Below are positions 45,701-55,851 of a DNA stretch of 64,000 nucleotides, piece by piece. A program made the translations under genes and the position numbers. The stretch covers positions 157,096 to 221,095 of IMG/VR virus record IMGVR_UViG_3300045999_010033. The stretch is one strand, 5' to 3'. The first letter of the stretch is position 1. The number at the start of each line of letters is the position of its first letter. A model generated the notes under the pieces. It did not search any database and had not been told where the DNA came from. It worked only from the letters and a program-made list of their open reading frames with translations.

Positions 45701-48135
45701 GATGAAAAATGAGTAAAGTTTTCCCATAGATACCCGGTCAATGCATTAGATCCACTTGCGTATTCTATATTAATGTCTTCCCAATCCAAGAGAGACGCAC
45801 TTGTATAATTTTGAACTAAAGTATTATTGTTAACTGACCCACTCAATAAAACATCATCCAATGTTTCATAACTAACCGATTGCCCCTGAACAAAGTTTAC
45901 TTCTATGTTAAAGTTTGGTCCTTTAATTGGTGGACATTCTAATTTGGCTTGTTCAGTAAGTATTACAGTTTCAACCAATGGATTGGTCATCAATTTAGTA
46001 ATCCAAGAAGTTGAATTAATTTGAATTGCAGGAGGAAGCGGATTATATAATTTTAATATTAAAGATTTAACTTCCTTGCCAGGAACTACGGCAAGTATTC
46101 CATCTGCGTTTTCTGCTTTTTCCGATAGAGTCCAATTATCTTCTTCCCAAGATGAAATTAATACTTGTTCGTTACCTCCGAAATTCAAAAGATGAGTTAA
46201 ATACTTACTATCTTTTTCGGGAGTTATTATGGATAGGTTTTCAGTAAATGCTTGCATTAAAGCAGATTCAATTATGGTCTCATTTAACTGAACCTTTGGT
46301 AAACGAATATCGGTAATAATTTCGTATTCATTTCCAATAAGATTTTCTGCTCCACCACGATTGTATGGTCTTAAAACCAGATACAATTTGTTATCGCCTG
46401 CGTTCCAATCGGGATATGCCTCGTTTAGTTTTTTAACATTAAGTTTGAAAGCAGAATTTGTACCTAAATTCTTAAAAACGTTTATTAGCGTTTTATCTTT
46501 TTTACGAAGGTCTACATCAACACTTGTTGCACCAAACGTATCATAATTTACGTTAATATCTATATTAAAATCTGAAAACGCAGGAATATCCAAAAATTGT
46601 GGATATGTTATATTTGTGATAGATGGAAAATCATTTACAGCAGTAAATGTTATTAGAACTTCAATTGGAGAACTTGTTCCATATCTTCCACTACGTGCTA
46701 CAAGTATAACTTTTTTACTACCATATATTTCTTCAAAGTCTTTTTGAAAAAATAGCGTTACTTCATTATCAGATGCATTTACTTTTACCGATTTATCTTT
46801 ACTAATATATGCGATTACCTCATCTGCTCTTATTGTAGTAAATGGAATCCTTACGCCTTTTTCTAAATCTGATTCTTTTACTTGTACATCAAATTTATTT
46901 TGAGGTAAACTCAACTCCGGAGCCAATATGGCAACCTCTTTGTATAATTCAGCAACAACCGCTATGCCATACTTTAGTTCATTAATAGATAACTCAAATT
47001 GTTGGGGTACCGTTTTCCAATTTGTATAATCTATTTGAGTATCTCTTGAAAGACCTTGTAATTTATTTTGATAAACGGCTTTGTACTTGTATTCGGCAGG
47101 TAGATTTCCAGTAATCCCTAATCGTACTTTACCATTTGTAAGTTCCGTAAAATTTAATTTACCTATATCACTGCCATCTTCTACACCAATTCTACCGCCA
47201 GCAACAACATCGCCGTTTGCTCCTTCAATTGAATATTCTAAAAATATTTTACCATTTAATTCAAGTCCAAAGTTAGTACCAAACGCGATTTCGTAATCCA
47301 ATTGACTTGATGCATCTTTTGGAACTTCCTCTATTGGAGTATCGGTAGTTTTCTTTTCTCTAAAATAAAATGTAAGATTTATTACATCACCGGTACTTTT
47401 ATAGTCTTTAGTTGATGATACAATGTATGTACCATCATCTTGCAATTCATATTCGTTTACTTGTAGGTTCTCCGTGTATATTTCTTCAAATCTTGTAAAC
47501 GGAGTGTTACGATTACCTCTATTGAAATCAAATGTATAATTGTAAGTTCCATTATTTTGATCCCAATATGGATATCTGCTTGTACCGAATGTATTTGGGT
47601 CCGGTATAACTCCATCACTACCCGGTTGCCATCTTATCACATCATCAAATGGATAATTTGAACTAACAAACGTTTTTACAACAGTAACTTCGTAATAGTT
47701 AGTTAAAACCTTTCCTGCCGATGTTGCTTTATATATTTTCTTATCACCGAATGAAAGTGCAGGAGAATATACTATACGAGTGTTATTACTGATACCTTTA
47801 GAAATATCATTTTCTAAAAATTCAACATCTACTTTTTCAGAGCTAGATAAAGATTCAGCAGATAGATTTACAATTATGTTCCCATTCAGCAAATCTTGTT
47901 GATTTGATGGTGGAACAAACGTACTATTTGGTGGTGTCGGTGGTGTATAAGATGTACCGCCTCCGCCAGTTCCACCGCCCAATTGATCAGTAAATAATCC
48001 TAATTGATTAAATGGAACATATGGTCTAGTCCCATCGTATGGATCCGAAATTCCTGCCCCTCCGAATTGATTATCAAATTCAAATGGATTACCATCTACT
48101 GGTCTCTGATATTGTCTATTTTGTTTTACTGCCAT
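42793..48135 (-). CDS. Large baseplate wedge-like protein (gp7/P2 gpI-like core, LamG-like domain)
   Basis: IPSYV..FLLFMSMMGHHFD, WRRILNNLPYLLKHKGTRRGI..LLSCYG, FTGYIDEIRTW. Confidence 0.65.
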   Translation of the reverse strand: MAVKQNRQYQRPVDGNPFEFDNQFGGAGISDPYDGTRPYVPFNQLGLFTDQLGGGTGGGGTSYTPPTPPNSTFVPPSNQQDLLNGNIIVNLSAESLSSSEKVDVEFLENDISKGISNNTRIVYSPALSFGDKKIYKATSAGKVLTNYYEVTVVKTFVSSNYPFDDVIRWQPGSDGVIPDPNTFGTSRYPYWDQNNGTYNYTFDFNRGNRNTPFTRFEEIYTENLQVNEYELQDDGTYIVSSTKDYKSTGDVINLTFYFREKKTTDTPIEEVPKDASSQLDYEIAFGTNFGLELNGKIFLEYSIEGANGDVVAGGRIGVEDGSDIGKLNFTELTNGKVRLGITGNLPAEYKYKAVYQNKLQGLSRDTQIDYTNWKTVPQQFELSINELKYGIAVVAELYKEVAILAPELSLPQNKFDVQVKESDLEKGVRIPFTTIRADEVIAYISKDKSVKVNASDNEVTLFFQKDFEEIYGSKKVILVARSGRYGTSSPIEVLITFTAVNDFPSITNITYPQFLDIPAFSDFNIDINVNYDTFGATSVDVDLRKKDKTLINVFKNLGTNSAFKLNVKKLNEAYPDWNAGDNKLYLVLRPYNRGGAENLIGNEYEIITDIRLPKVQLNETIIESALMQAFTENLSIITPEKDSKYLTHLLNFGGNEQVLISSWEEDNWTLSEKAENADGILAVVPGKEVKSLILKLYNPLPPAIQINSTSWITKLMTNPLVETVILTEQAKLECPPIKGPNFNIEVNFVQGQSVSYETLDDVLLSGSVNNNTLVQNYTSASLLDWEDINIEYASGSNALTGYLWENFTHFSSAKERLDNFVYKVQLIETYETLITSASTDYTGNGSAYTGSTAGINEINRQTQKKNAVIQGFDGFEKFLFTSSSLSWPFNGTIRYSSTSSQVINWYNSASTAATIYDNNNANYVLNNIPSYVLNYDENEQFLLFMSMMGHHFDNIYYYAKSIERSRDISYNITNGIADKILFDVLKSYNWDAKNLNSNIPLWEYTLGLDSNGDEKFLSPSKKRNYEVWRRILNNLPYLLKHKGTRRGIYALLSCYGIPSSNLSIMEFGGPEPTTSGKGKLVMDELTYVLGMDTGSRINLSWPTTENSRTPDSLELFFRPTATGSVSTILSNSWTLRASASSQLEPTFGKLVWNYGAGTLTSNEFPLFDTEYTAVCLTKQGSNVRMDIAKYSGERRVFTQSLSTAASWATSTGTVVVGSSTFTGYIDEIRTWSQPLSSSVFYEHAAWPEMINGNNYSSSTDDLFFRLDFEYPKNLYVSTSILNVDANVYYDEGYTRNMVEAESTPATYMNTRNAASPLTASVSGFTDITTYPYQFLPYERKVSAPIPSIGSSRFVGNKVRVEEQTLVSQLSPKYRSTVKSYDNAPIDSNRVGLFFSPNKELNFDIIKAFGGLNFDNYIGDPSDTYKPNYDSLDKLRQYYFRRYANSKIDIYQYINLIKLYEKALFEDIKQMLPARVKATSGLLIEPHILERSKFQHTKPTGSAENYQDTIDLKDSPILNFETTIIESEIDATEYELMGEDNQHTTIIDADYSESLESDSYQLDSNIETEGLFNVSSLSETGYLETADSVVDANLDEGTPQKEREAFAGLAVAGQDEFSDIGFGIFGEDGHAVRSYFDRFGKVAKERVLVSILKEKKEREFTYYQQGDDPRSGELTGTEVYYETRVNIQPFYQPGTTTPSSLPTTNDRIVEVTPVRGYLPTHYKNTSDLTRGLENSYWRGCKNTSATTLDGTPPVEVFATNPNTLKVNKAGRDSSEPILETE

Positions 48136-48142
48136 GTATTAT

Positions 48143-49486
48143 CTATTGTTCTAATTGAAATACATCATTATTTATTCCATACCTAAATCCACTATCTATT
48201 GGGTTTTCCAATCGTGTTCCACTTCCACCACCTCCTCCACCAATTGGTGTTTGTATTGGAGGTTCTGGTAGGGGTTCTACCTCTCTTGTACCTGAATTAG
48301 GTGGAGTTATAACATCAATCGGAAATACACCTGGATCGGGCTCTACTATCGGTGGTTCTTGTGGCCTGAATGGTGCACCGGGTAATATATCCGGCTCCAA
48401 TTGTCTAATCGTAACAAGTGGATTTTCAATTGGTGTTGGGGATGGAGTTATTACCAATGATTCTTCTCTCCGGAGTTGAGCCAACTTCGGACTAAATATA
48501 TCAGTAGCATTTACCGTTGGAACTTCAAAACTTGCCAAATTATCTTTAACTGATTTTTGTAGCTGAACAACTGAAAATTCTTGTGGTAGTATCTGATATT
48601 CTACATTTCTTCTTTTGAGTGTTTTTATTTGAGATGAAACGCATTTATACAATATCTTTTCTACTTCCATTCTTATCATAGAAAAATCATATCTTTCCGA
48701 ATCATCAAATGTTGGAACTGATAATTGTCTTCCAAAATTTGATTGTTCTATATCGTAATATTTGTTTGATAGATAATATGTTACCGATGTTTTAAAGTTT
48801 TCAAAAATTCTATCTTTAAACGCATCAAATGATGATATTCCAAAATCTTTTTTTATTGTAGTAAAAAAATCATTACCAAATTTTGAAACCATAGTATCAT
48901 TTATCTTTGATAGATACTCTCTGCCAAATGAATCCAATGAATCCAAAATCCATTTTTTAACAAGTGGAAAATCTTTATCTTGCGCAATCGTTCTATTAAA
49001 CTCTTCTGCTACTTTCTTTGTTAGTTGCTCATCTTTAACTTTTAGTGGTAGGATTCTGACTTCTTCGCGTGTTGCGGAAATTTCTTGTATCCATACTTTT
49101 TGATATTCATTATCGTTTCCAACACGATTTCTTACAAAGTTTATATTAACTTTTAAAATTCCATTTGAGAATCCCAATCCATTCAACAACTTTTCCGCAT
49201 CAATCGCCAATTCCTTCTGCCCACCTTTGTTTACTACATTATAGATATAATTTTTAATATCACCACCCTTTATGTATGCAACATTTTTTCCCGATTTTTG
49301 TGGAAGTAAATTATTATTAACATCATAAACCGATACCTCCATAACATCATATTTGGAATCTCCAAACTCTGATATTTCGGATTCATCTTTTGAAACGATA
49401 AATAGGTCTTCGGGTTTTAAGAACTGCCCCTCATTTTCTAGCCTACTATTTATTTGTTCAATATTTGTATATTTGTTTATTGCCAT
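48143..49486 (-). CDS. Hypothetical structural protein with Pro-rich C-terminus
   Basis: ORF in the baseplate cluster; IQEISATREEVRI. Confidence 0.55.
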   Translation of the reverse strand: MAINKYTNIEQINSRLENEGQFLKPEDLFIVSKDESEISEFGDSKYDVMEVSVYDVNNNLLPQKSGKNVAYIKGGDIKNYIYNVVNKGGQKELAIDAEKLLNGLGFSNGILKVNINFVRNRVGNDNEYQKVWIQEISATREEVRILPLKVKDEQLTKKVAEEFNRTIAQDKDFPLVKKWILDSLDSFGREYLSKINDTMVSKFGNDFFTTIKKDFGISSFDAFKDRIFENFKTSVTYYLSNKYYDIEQSNFGRQLSVPTFDDSERYDFSMIRMEVEKILYKCVSSQIKTLKRRNVEYQILPQEFSVVQLQKSVKDNLASFEVPTVNATDIFSPKLAQLRREESLVITPSPTPIENPLVTIRQLEPDILPGAPFRPQEPPIVEPDPGVFPIDVITPPNSGTREVEPLPEPPIQTPIGGGGGGSGTRLENPIDSGFRYGINNDVFQLEQ

Positions 49487-49491
49487 AATTA

Positions 49492-50655
49492 TTAATCGTT
49501 ACTTGCGTATGATTTTGGATGTGATTTTATCATCAATGTTTTGAATGCTTTAGTATCTTCACTTTTATCAGAACGAATTACTTTTACTCTTAATTCGCCT
49601 GTATAATTCTGACTAGATCCGTATCCTAAAAATATAGGTTTACTTTGATATCCATTTGCCGCTCTTCCTCTTAAATTCAAAGATACTTTTACATCTCCGT
49701 TCGGAGGAACTTCAAAGTTAGTATTATCCGGCTCAAACCAACGCAATCTTCCATTTTCAGGATATGATACATCTATAATTATTTTGACTGGCAATTTATC
49801 GTTATTTACAAATTTAATAGATTCACCATTTATCCATTTACTTTCTGGCTCTTTATTGTTTCTATTTTCTTGAATCTTGGCATAGATTCTGTAATCGGTT
49901 GTAGTTGATAGTGTTCTATCAAATGATGCAACAACAACATCATTTATAACTTCACCTTTTGCCGCAAGTGCTTGCGCTTGCGTTCCTTGCTCAATTGCTT
50001 GTTGTTGTTGAACTGCTCCCAATTGTGCCTGCAATCCTTCTATAATAGAATTAAGAGAATCAATCTGCTTTATGAGTGCTTCTATCTGAGCTTTGAATCC
50101 AGAATTTTGTGCTTGTAACGATGCACGTAGTATGGATTCATCTACTGATTTTTGAACTGCAGTTTGTATTTGACTGGCAAAGTCGGCAAGTGTTTGAGAA
50201 AGAGTTTCTAACTGATTTACCAATACATCATTTAGCTGATCAGTTGCAAGTTTTTCATTTCTGGCTACTTCTATTTGCGCATTTAATACACCTATTGTTG
50301 ATTCTAATATGTTGATATTTTCTCTAAGTAAAGCAACTAATGCACGCAAATCTTCAATTTCACTAAGAGCCTGATTATATAATTCTAAATCAACTTTCGG
50401 TGTAGTTTGTATCGGAATATTTGGTTTTAACTCCGTTATCTCTATATCAATTGCTTTTACAAGCTCATCGTTATCAAATTTATCCTTTGATACATTTTTG
50501 AATATCAATGATGATGCGGCATTTTTTTCATCAACTATCGTTGTATTATATTCAGTTTTTGAAATAGCATTACTGCCGGAAACCTTTAGAATTTCTTCTA
50601 ATCTTTCTCTCTTTTCTATTTCTAATTTTTCTTTTATGGCTTCAATGGATAACAT
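49492..50655 (-). CDS. Coiled-coil structural protein with C-terminal beta domain
   Basis: Long heptad region, approximately aa 90-230. Confidence 0.55.
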   Translation of the reverse strand: MLSIEAIKEKLEIEKRERLEEILKVSGSNAISKTEYNTTIVDEKNAASSLIFKNVSKDKFDNDELVKAIDIEITELKPNIPIQTTPKVDLELYNQALSEIEDLRALVALLRENINILESTIGVLNAQIEVARNEKLATDQLNDVLVNQLETLSQTLADFASQIQTAVQKSVDESILRASLQAQNSGFKAQIEALIKQIDSLNSIIEGLQAQLGAVQQQQAIEQGTQAQALAAKGEVINDVVVASFDRTLSTTTDYRIYAKIQENRNNKEPESKWINGESIKFVNNDKLPVKIIIDVSYPENGRLRWFEPDNTNFEVPPNGDVKVSLNLRGRAANGYQSKPIFLGYGSSQNYTGELRVKVIRSDKSEDTKAFKTLMIKSHPKSYASND

Positions 50656-50656
50656 C

Positions 50657-51733
50657 TTATACTATTTCAAATAAAAACTTGTCATCAATAATGTTGTCAA
50701 TTCCGTCGGACGTAATTTTTAGTTTAAGTCTATAAATACGTTTTTGAGGTAATGTGTTTAAATCCATAACAAAATAACTACCACTTTGGTCGCAACTTAT
50801 TTTGGTATAATCTCCAAAAGGAAATAATATATCACCACTTACTTCATCTTGCAATTGATAATAACTCGATGTTGGTAAATATTTACTTTGGTCGTATTCA
50901 AAAGCCGTAGTGGTAAAAGATTTTAGAGGATATAACTCTCTACCTTTCAATCTTACTTTTACTTTTGAATTTTTATCGTATTTTGATTTAAGGTTTGTGA
51001 ATACAACTTTGTAATCACTGGTTGGCATCGAAGATAATGACCCTGTTGTAAATGAAAAATCATTCCAAACAAATTCCAATTTTGGTTCGTATATGGTTGA
51101 GGTTTCTTTTGAAAACCATTTTAGCAAACCATAATCGGTTGTATTTTCTTCATTTTGAAGACTATGATGTATAATAAATCCTTCATTTGGAACACTACCA
51201 CTTAACCACAATCTTACTATACCACTTACATCCATACGAACATCATCGGATGAATATGAGTATGATTGACTGGCTTCGGAACCGGTGTACCAAGTACCGC
51301 CTTCTCCATTAGCAGAACCAGTCGTGCCGGCAGAATAAACCGCAGAACCACCAATAGTATTAGTCATCCAAGCGGTTATACCATCACGATATTTCCAACT
51401 TACACCATTTGATGTTATATTATCAAATTTAGTACCGGTGCCCATTGTCCAGCTTTGTGATACGGCGTTAGCATATATTGTATAGTTCAAAGGAATTTCC
51501 TCTGAATTTGCCGACCTTAAAACTAAGTAAGATGTGAAGCTTGAACTAATAGCCCCTGCCGAAATACTTTGAGATATAGAGGTGATATCAAACTTTATAA
51601 GGGTACGCGTGACATCGCGGGTTGACCCATAATACGTTTTACCAACTTCTATTATCTCATCTAATCCGCTATTTTGTTCGGGTTGCTGTAGATATACACT
51701 CGCATCATACGATGCTGTAAAGAATTTATGCAT
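50657..51733 (-). CDS. DNRLRE/disaggregatase-like beta-sandwich virion protein
   Basis: DASVYLQQPEQNSG..RTLIKFD..W..GTG..VSW..WLSG..PNEGFII..PKLE. Confidence 0.55.
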   Translation of the reverse strand: MHKFFTASYDASVYLQQPEQNSGLDEIIEVGKTYYGSTRDVTRTLIKFDITSISQSISAGAISSSFTSYLVLRSANSEEIPLNYTIYANAVSQSWTMGTGTKFDNITSNGVSWKYRDGITAWMTNTIGGSAVYSAGTTGSANGEGGTWYTGSEASQSYSYSSDDVRMDVSGIVRLWLSGSVPNEGFIIHHSLQNEENTTDYGLLKWFSKETSTIYEPKLEFVWNDFSFTTGSLSSMPTSDYKVVFTNLKSKYDKNSKVKVRLKGRELYPLKSFTTTAFEYDQSKYLPTSSYYQLQDEVSGDILFPFGDYTKISCDQSGSYFVMDLNTLPQKRIYRLKLKITSDGIDNIIDDKFLFEIV

Positions 51734-51734
51734 T

Positions 51735-53756
51735 TTATAATACCTTTCCTTTTATGTCTTTATTTGGATACTTTACTTCAAATACACATGGGTCTAATGA
51801 TGGATACACTATTTTACCCATAGTTGCCGCCTGAATGTTATATTCATTTGGTGAGTATAATCCATCATTCGAACAAATGTTTTTAATAGTGACGGATGGG
51901 ACACTCATAACCCCATCAACGTTTGCTAATGTTAATTCTATATCGGAAATGTTTATGGGTTTATTGAATGTCCAATTATCAATATTAAAATAATCTTGCA
52001 ATTCGGTCAAACAATTTGCAAGAACTTCACGTTTATTATAAGATGAATAAACTATTATATCAAACTCAACTCCGATGTTTACAATAAATCCATCAATTAT
52101 ATTCACACCATCGGTAAGCATTCTATATTCGGAAAGGTATGTTTTAAGATTTTGTTTTACTGCAGAATTTAATGTAGTTAATTTTTTATTTACATCATAT
52201 CCTAGCACATAAAGATTAACTGCAAAGGGATTATTCAATTCCGTTGTAGAACCTTTCTTCTTTGAAATAAATTCATTTACTTGTCGTTGCATTTCCTCTT
52301 TAGGAACATCTTTAAGAGATTCTATCAAATTCATAAACTCCGATAAGGAACTTGGATTTGAGAGGATTGTAGACGGGTCATTTGCGTTTATTTCACCATC
52401 TGCGGATACATATACTTTCGCTACACTGCCATACCTTTCAGGCATACTCAACGCTCGTATCGAATAATCTTGTCTAGTCACTGCACGATTTTGCGAACCA
52501 AACATTGCCAAAGCATTTTGACGTATTTCTTCAACACTTTCTGCACCACGACCACCGGTGGCAGGTTCAAGATTTTCAACTGCCAAAGAGTTTTTTACTG
52601 TTTGATAAATTCCCGCATCAATAGTAGAAAGAGATAATAGGTCTTCTTCGTATTCAATTCTTGATACTGTAATCAAATCGCCTTGGTTTACATTCGATTG
52701 AATTCCTCCGCCGGTAAGATATTTGACAGTAAGTGTCTGTCCCGCAGGAGCAATACCAAATGTATTTGTTTTTAAAAAATTAGACGGGTCAATTGAATCG
52801 TTTAATCGGTAAACTGAATTTGCCAATCCTAATCCTATGTTTTTTGTATTTGGAAGTATTATATCATCCGATAGAGCAGTGTTGCCACTACCGAATTGTA
52901 TTTCCATTGTAGAATCGGTATTTACTTTAATAGAAAATCTGCGTGGAACTTTTTGTATTTCCAACATATAAGGAACTGAACCAGAATATTGTGCATATTC
53001 AGAACTGAACTTTGTAGTGTTTGCATTTTCTACAAAAATACTTTCTTGTGCCAAATAAGGAACTTCATAGTATTTGTTTCCATTTGAATCTGCTACTGAA
53101 ATTATCTGAATGATATTGGTATCGAATAATGTGGCAGTAGGATATTCGGTTGTATTTGGTATTGTAATTGTAGTTTCAGTTTCGGTCGCGGATATAGCTT
53201 TAACTGTTTTTGTTATAAGATAAAATGTAGGTTCACCATTTGAATCACGTTCATATACATCTATTTCTCTCCCACTTGAATTTCCAAAATCAAGCCCATC
53301 AACCGTTCGAAAAATTACGTTAGAATTTGAGGTTGAAATAACCTGCATGCCATCTTTTATCTTTAGATAAAATCTATCATCTGGTCGGTTATTAGCACCC
53401 ACCCCGATTGATGGAACCAATTGATATACGGTTAAGTTTACGGCGGCAGGTGTTGTCACTTTTGGTTTATATCCTAAAGTTTGAGCAAGTGCCATCACAT
53501 TTTTTCTTTCCGTTGCAAATGTTAGAATGGATTCCTTTAATTGTGTATCTAAATAAAAAGAAAGTACATCTCCAATGTAGGATGCCATTTCAATAAACAT
53601 CATACCGGGTGATGCCTCGTTAAAATCGGAGTAAGTGTTTGGAAAGTAAGTTTTTGCATAATCAATAAGGTTTTGCCTAAAACTTCCAAAATCTTTTCCC
53701 AAATAGTTTATTGTTCTATTTTCACCCCAATTTTTATTTGTTGGTTTTAATGCCAT
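51735..53756 (-). CDS. Baseplate wedge protein (T4 gp6 / baseplate J-like)
   Basis: YSDFNEASPG..IEMASYIGDVLSFY, LGYKP, ATGG..AESVEEIR, QNRAVTRQDY. Confidence 0.88.
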   Translation of the reverse strand: MALKPTNKNWGENRTINYLGKDFGSFRQNLIDYAKTYFPNTYSDFNEASPGMMFIEMASYIGDVLSFYLDTQLKESILTFATERKNVMALAQTLGYKPKVTTPAAVNLTVYQLVPSIGVGANNRPDDRFYLKIKDGMQVISTSNSNVIFRTVDGLDFGNSSGREIDVYERDSNGEPTFYLITKTVKAISATETETTITIPNTTEYPTATLFDTNIIQIISVADSNGNKYYEVPYLAQESIFVENANTTKFSSEYAQYSGSVPYMLEIQKVPRRFSIKVNTDSTMEIQFGSGNTALSDDIILPNTKNIGLGLANSVYRLNDSIDPSNFLKTNTFGIAPAGQTLTVKYLTGGGIQSNVNQGDLITVSRIEYEEDLLSLSTIDAGIYQTVKNSLAVENLEPATGGRGAESVEEIRQNALAMFGSQNRAVTRQDYSIRALSMPERYGSVAKVYVSADGEINANDPSTILSNPSSLSEFMNLIESLKDVPKEEMQRQVNEFISKKKGSTTELNNPFAVNLYVLGYDVNKKLTTLNSAVKQNLKTYLSEYRMLTDGVNIIDGFIVNIGVEFDIIVYSSYNKREVLANCLTELQDYFNIDNWTFNKPINISDIELTLANVDGVMSVPSVTIKNICSNDGLYSPNEYNIQAATMGKIVYPSLDPCVFEVKYPNKDIKGKVL

Positions 53757-53761
53757 TTAAT

Positions 53762-54199
53762 TTATCCGTTTACGTTTATTGTTACTGAATCTCTTATAGC
53801 AGGATTAGATGTCAATGAAAATTGTAATTCAAGGTTTACTCTATGATTATCAATATCGTTTTCATCATAATCAAATAATATTTGGTCTACATTTATATAT
53901 GGTAACCAAATGTTTACTGCTTCTGTTACTGTTCTTTCTATTTCTGCATCAATTTGCCCCTCAATAATTGGTTCAAAAAGTATCCTCCATATATCACATC
54001 CAAATTCGGGTTGCATTACGCGTTCACCTTTTTTTGTTAGGATTAGATTAATCAAATTATATTTTACTTGAGATAGAGTAGTATAATTCACAGCAAAAAC
54101 ACCATTGCTATTCGATGTTTGGTTTATGGATATCCCTAACGATTTGTAATCGTTTTCGGAAAGGTCTTGTACACTTACTCTACCAAGTTCTATTGCCAT
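53762..54199 (-). CDS. Baseplate wedge/sheath initiator (T4 gp25-like)
   Basis: NLINLILTKKGERVMQPEFGC..LFEP..WLPYI. Confidence 0.9.
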   Translation of the reverse strand: MAIELGRVSVQDLSENDYKSLGISINQTSNSNGVFAVNYTTLSQVKYNLINLILTKKGERVMQPEFGCDIWRILFEPIIEGQIDAEIERTVTEAVNIWLPYINVDQILFDYDENDIDNHRVNLELQFSLTSNPAIRDSVTINVNG

Positions 54200-54711
54200 T
54201 ATTTAAATCTTTTAACTAACTCAGTGTAATCTCTAGTCAATGCTTTTGCTACAATATCGACTGCTTCATTACCAGTGCTTTCAACCGTCACTTGTGGTGC
54301 CGGTTGATAATTCATATTTTTTGTGGAAAGATTTATCTCTCCCCAACCATTTTCCGAATCTCTATGGATAGCATCTAAAACTGACCCACCCATCATTCCG
54401 GCTAATCCACCACCATCACGTCTTTGATCTGCGGTAAATGGTGTAGTTGAATTTAGAATTTCGTTAAGCATAGGATCTTTTGATAAAGTTCTTTGCTTAG
54501 TATTACTTCTATTAATTCCAACCGATGGAGAAGAAGCAGTTTGTTTTTTTACACTAGATTTTATAGTTTCATTCGTATTTGACTTTTTATTTATTGCCGG
54601 AACTAATACTCCTGATTTAATAAGTTTAGCTACTTCTTCTTTTACTTGTTGTTTTACTTCATTTTTTACAACCTCTTTAATAAGAGTTATTAATACATCC
54701 GATTTAGACAT
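54199..54711 (-). CDS. Hypothetical protein
   Basis: LIKEVVKNEV, DPMLNEILNST, ALTRDYTELVK; preceded by ATATTTATA. Confidence 0.55.
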   Translation of the reverse strand: MSKSDVLITLIKEVVKNEVKQQVKEEVAKLIKSGVLVPAINKKSNTNETIKSSVKKQTASSPSVGINRSNTKQRTLSKDPMLNEILNSTTPFTADQRRDGGGLAGMMGGSVLDAIHRDSENGWGEINLSTKNMNYQPAPQVTVESTGNEAVDIVAKALTRDYTELVKRFK

Positions 54712-54779
54712 AGTTTTTTCTTTTTTATAAATATTGAAAGAAAAAGTTTACTTATAAAACCTTTTTACCAATATTGATT

Positions 54780-55850
54780 TTATTGTTTGATTTGGGATTT
54801 TGTAAGCTCTTGTCCATCTTTTATGGAAGCTTGCAAACGAGATTTATTATCAAATATTTGCTCTCTCACAGATTTTATTGAATTTTTTAAATTTGATGCA
54901 AGTTCTTCACCTTCGGCACTTCCTCTTAATAATTCAACCAATCTATCCGATGTTAATAGTTGTTCGTTATCACCAACCCCCTTTGCACTAATAAATCCGC
55001 CGCCTAAACTTACACTTGAGCGTGCAGTAATACTTTCCAAAGAAAACGCTTCCGAACTTTTTTTATTTTCTGAAACTATTTCAGTTACGGCTGGAAGAAT
55101 TGTATTTGTCACCGTGGCGATTGCCAATCCAATAAAATCACTCTTATCTAAACTTTTTAGAGGATTAACACTACTAAGTGGTGGAACAAAATAACCAACA
55201 TATGGTAATACTCCTGGCGCAGGAGGTGCAGGTGGTGGATACGCGCAATTGCACACAAACAACCCACTAATTGTAAGTAAATGGAGGTTTGCCGAAATTA
55301 TAAAATTAAGTAAAAATGGAGAAACACTTTCAAATAATGGAGGAACTATAATTGGAGTCCAAACTCCGGGAAATAAATTTATCGCGGTAGTTGTTGATAT
55401 ATTTTGTACTGCACCTATACATGGGATTGTAGGAGGAGGAAACCTTTTTAGTCTTGCACCCAACCAATATGATTGAACCGATGGACCAATATCCCTCAAT
55501 AGGTCTCCATTTTCATCTGATTCGGTTTTGCCTAACAAAGTAAATAGTAATGATTGCATTACACTAAAATTACCCGATTGTAATCCAACCCCTCCTATTA
55601 ATGTTTTTCCTGCATTTGTAACTAACTTATCATATTCATTTGTAAGATTGTAAGCAAACCAAAAGTTATCATTCAAGTTTATCAACTCTTGCTGTAATGC
55701 AGTATCATCTACTCCACCTAATGCAAATTTTGAAAATTGTTGAATTGCAACATTTTCTCCCATTTCTAGTGCCATATTTACATAAAAATCTGTCCACGAT
55801 GTGGATACTGCCGTTTTTTGTAATATTGATTTTTTTAAATTTATGGCCAT
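54780..55850 (-). CDS. Hypothetical baseplate-region protein with Pro-rich motif
   Basis: YPPPAPPAPGVLP; directly after the spike-like gene. Confidence 0.5.
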   Translation of the reverse strand: MAINLKKSILQKTAVSTSWTDFYVNMALEMGENVAIQQFSKFALGGVDDTALQQELINLNDNFWFAYNLTNEYDKLVTNAGKTLIGGVGLQSGNFSVMQSLLFTLLGKTESDENGDLLRDIGPSVQSYWLGARLKRFPPPTIPCIGAVQNISTTTAINLFPGVWTPIIVPPLFESVSPFLLNFIISANLHLLTISGLFVCNCAYPPPAPPAPGVLPYVGYFVPPLSSVNPLKSLDKSDFIGLAIATVTNTILPAVTEIVSENKKSSEAFSLESITARSSVSLGGGFISAKGVGDNEQLLTSDRLVELLRGSAEGEELASNLKNSIKSVREQIFDNKSRLQASIKDGQELTKSQIKQ

Positions 55851-55851
55851 C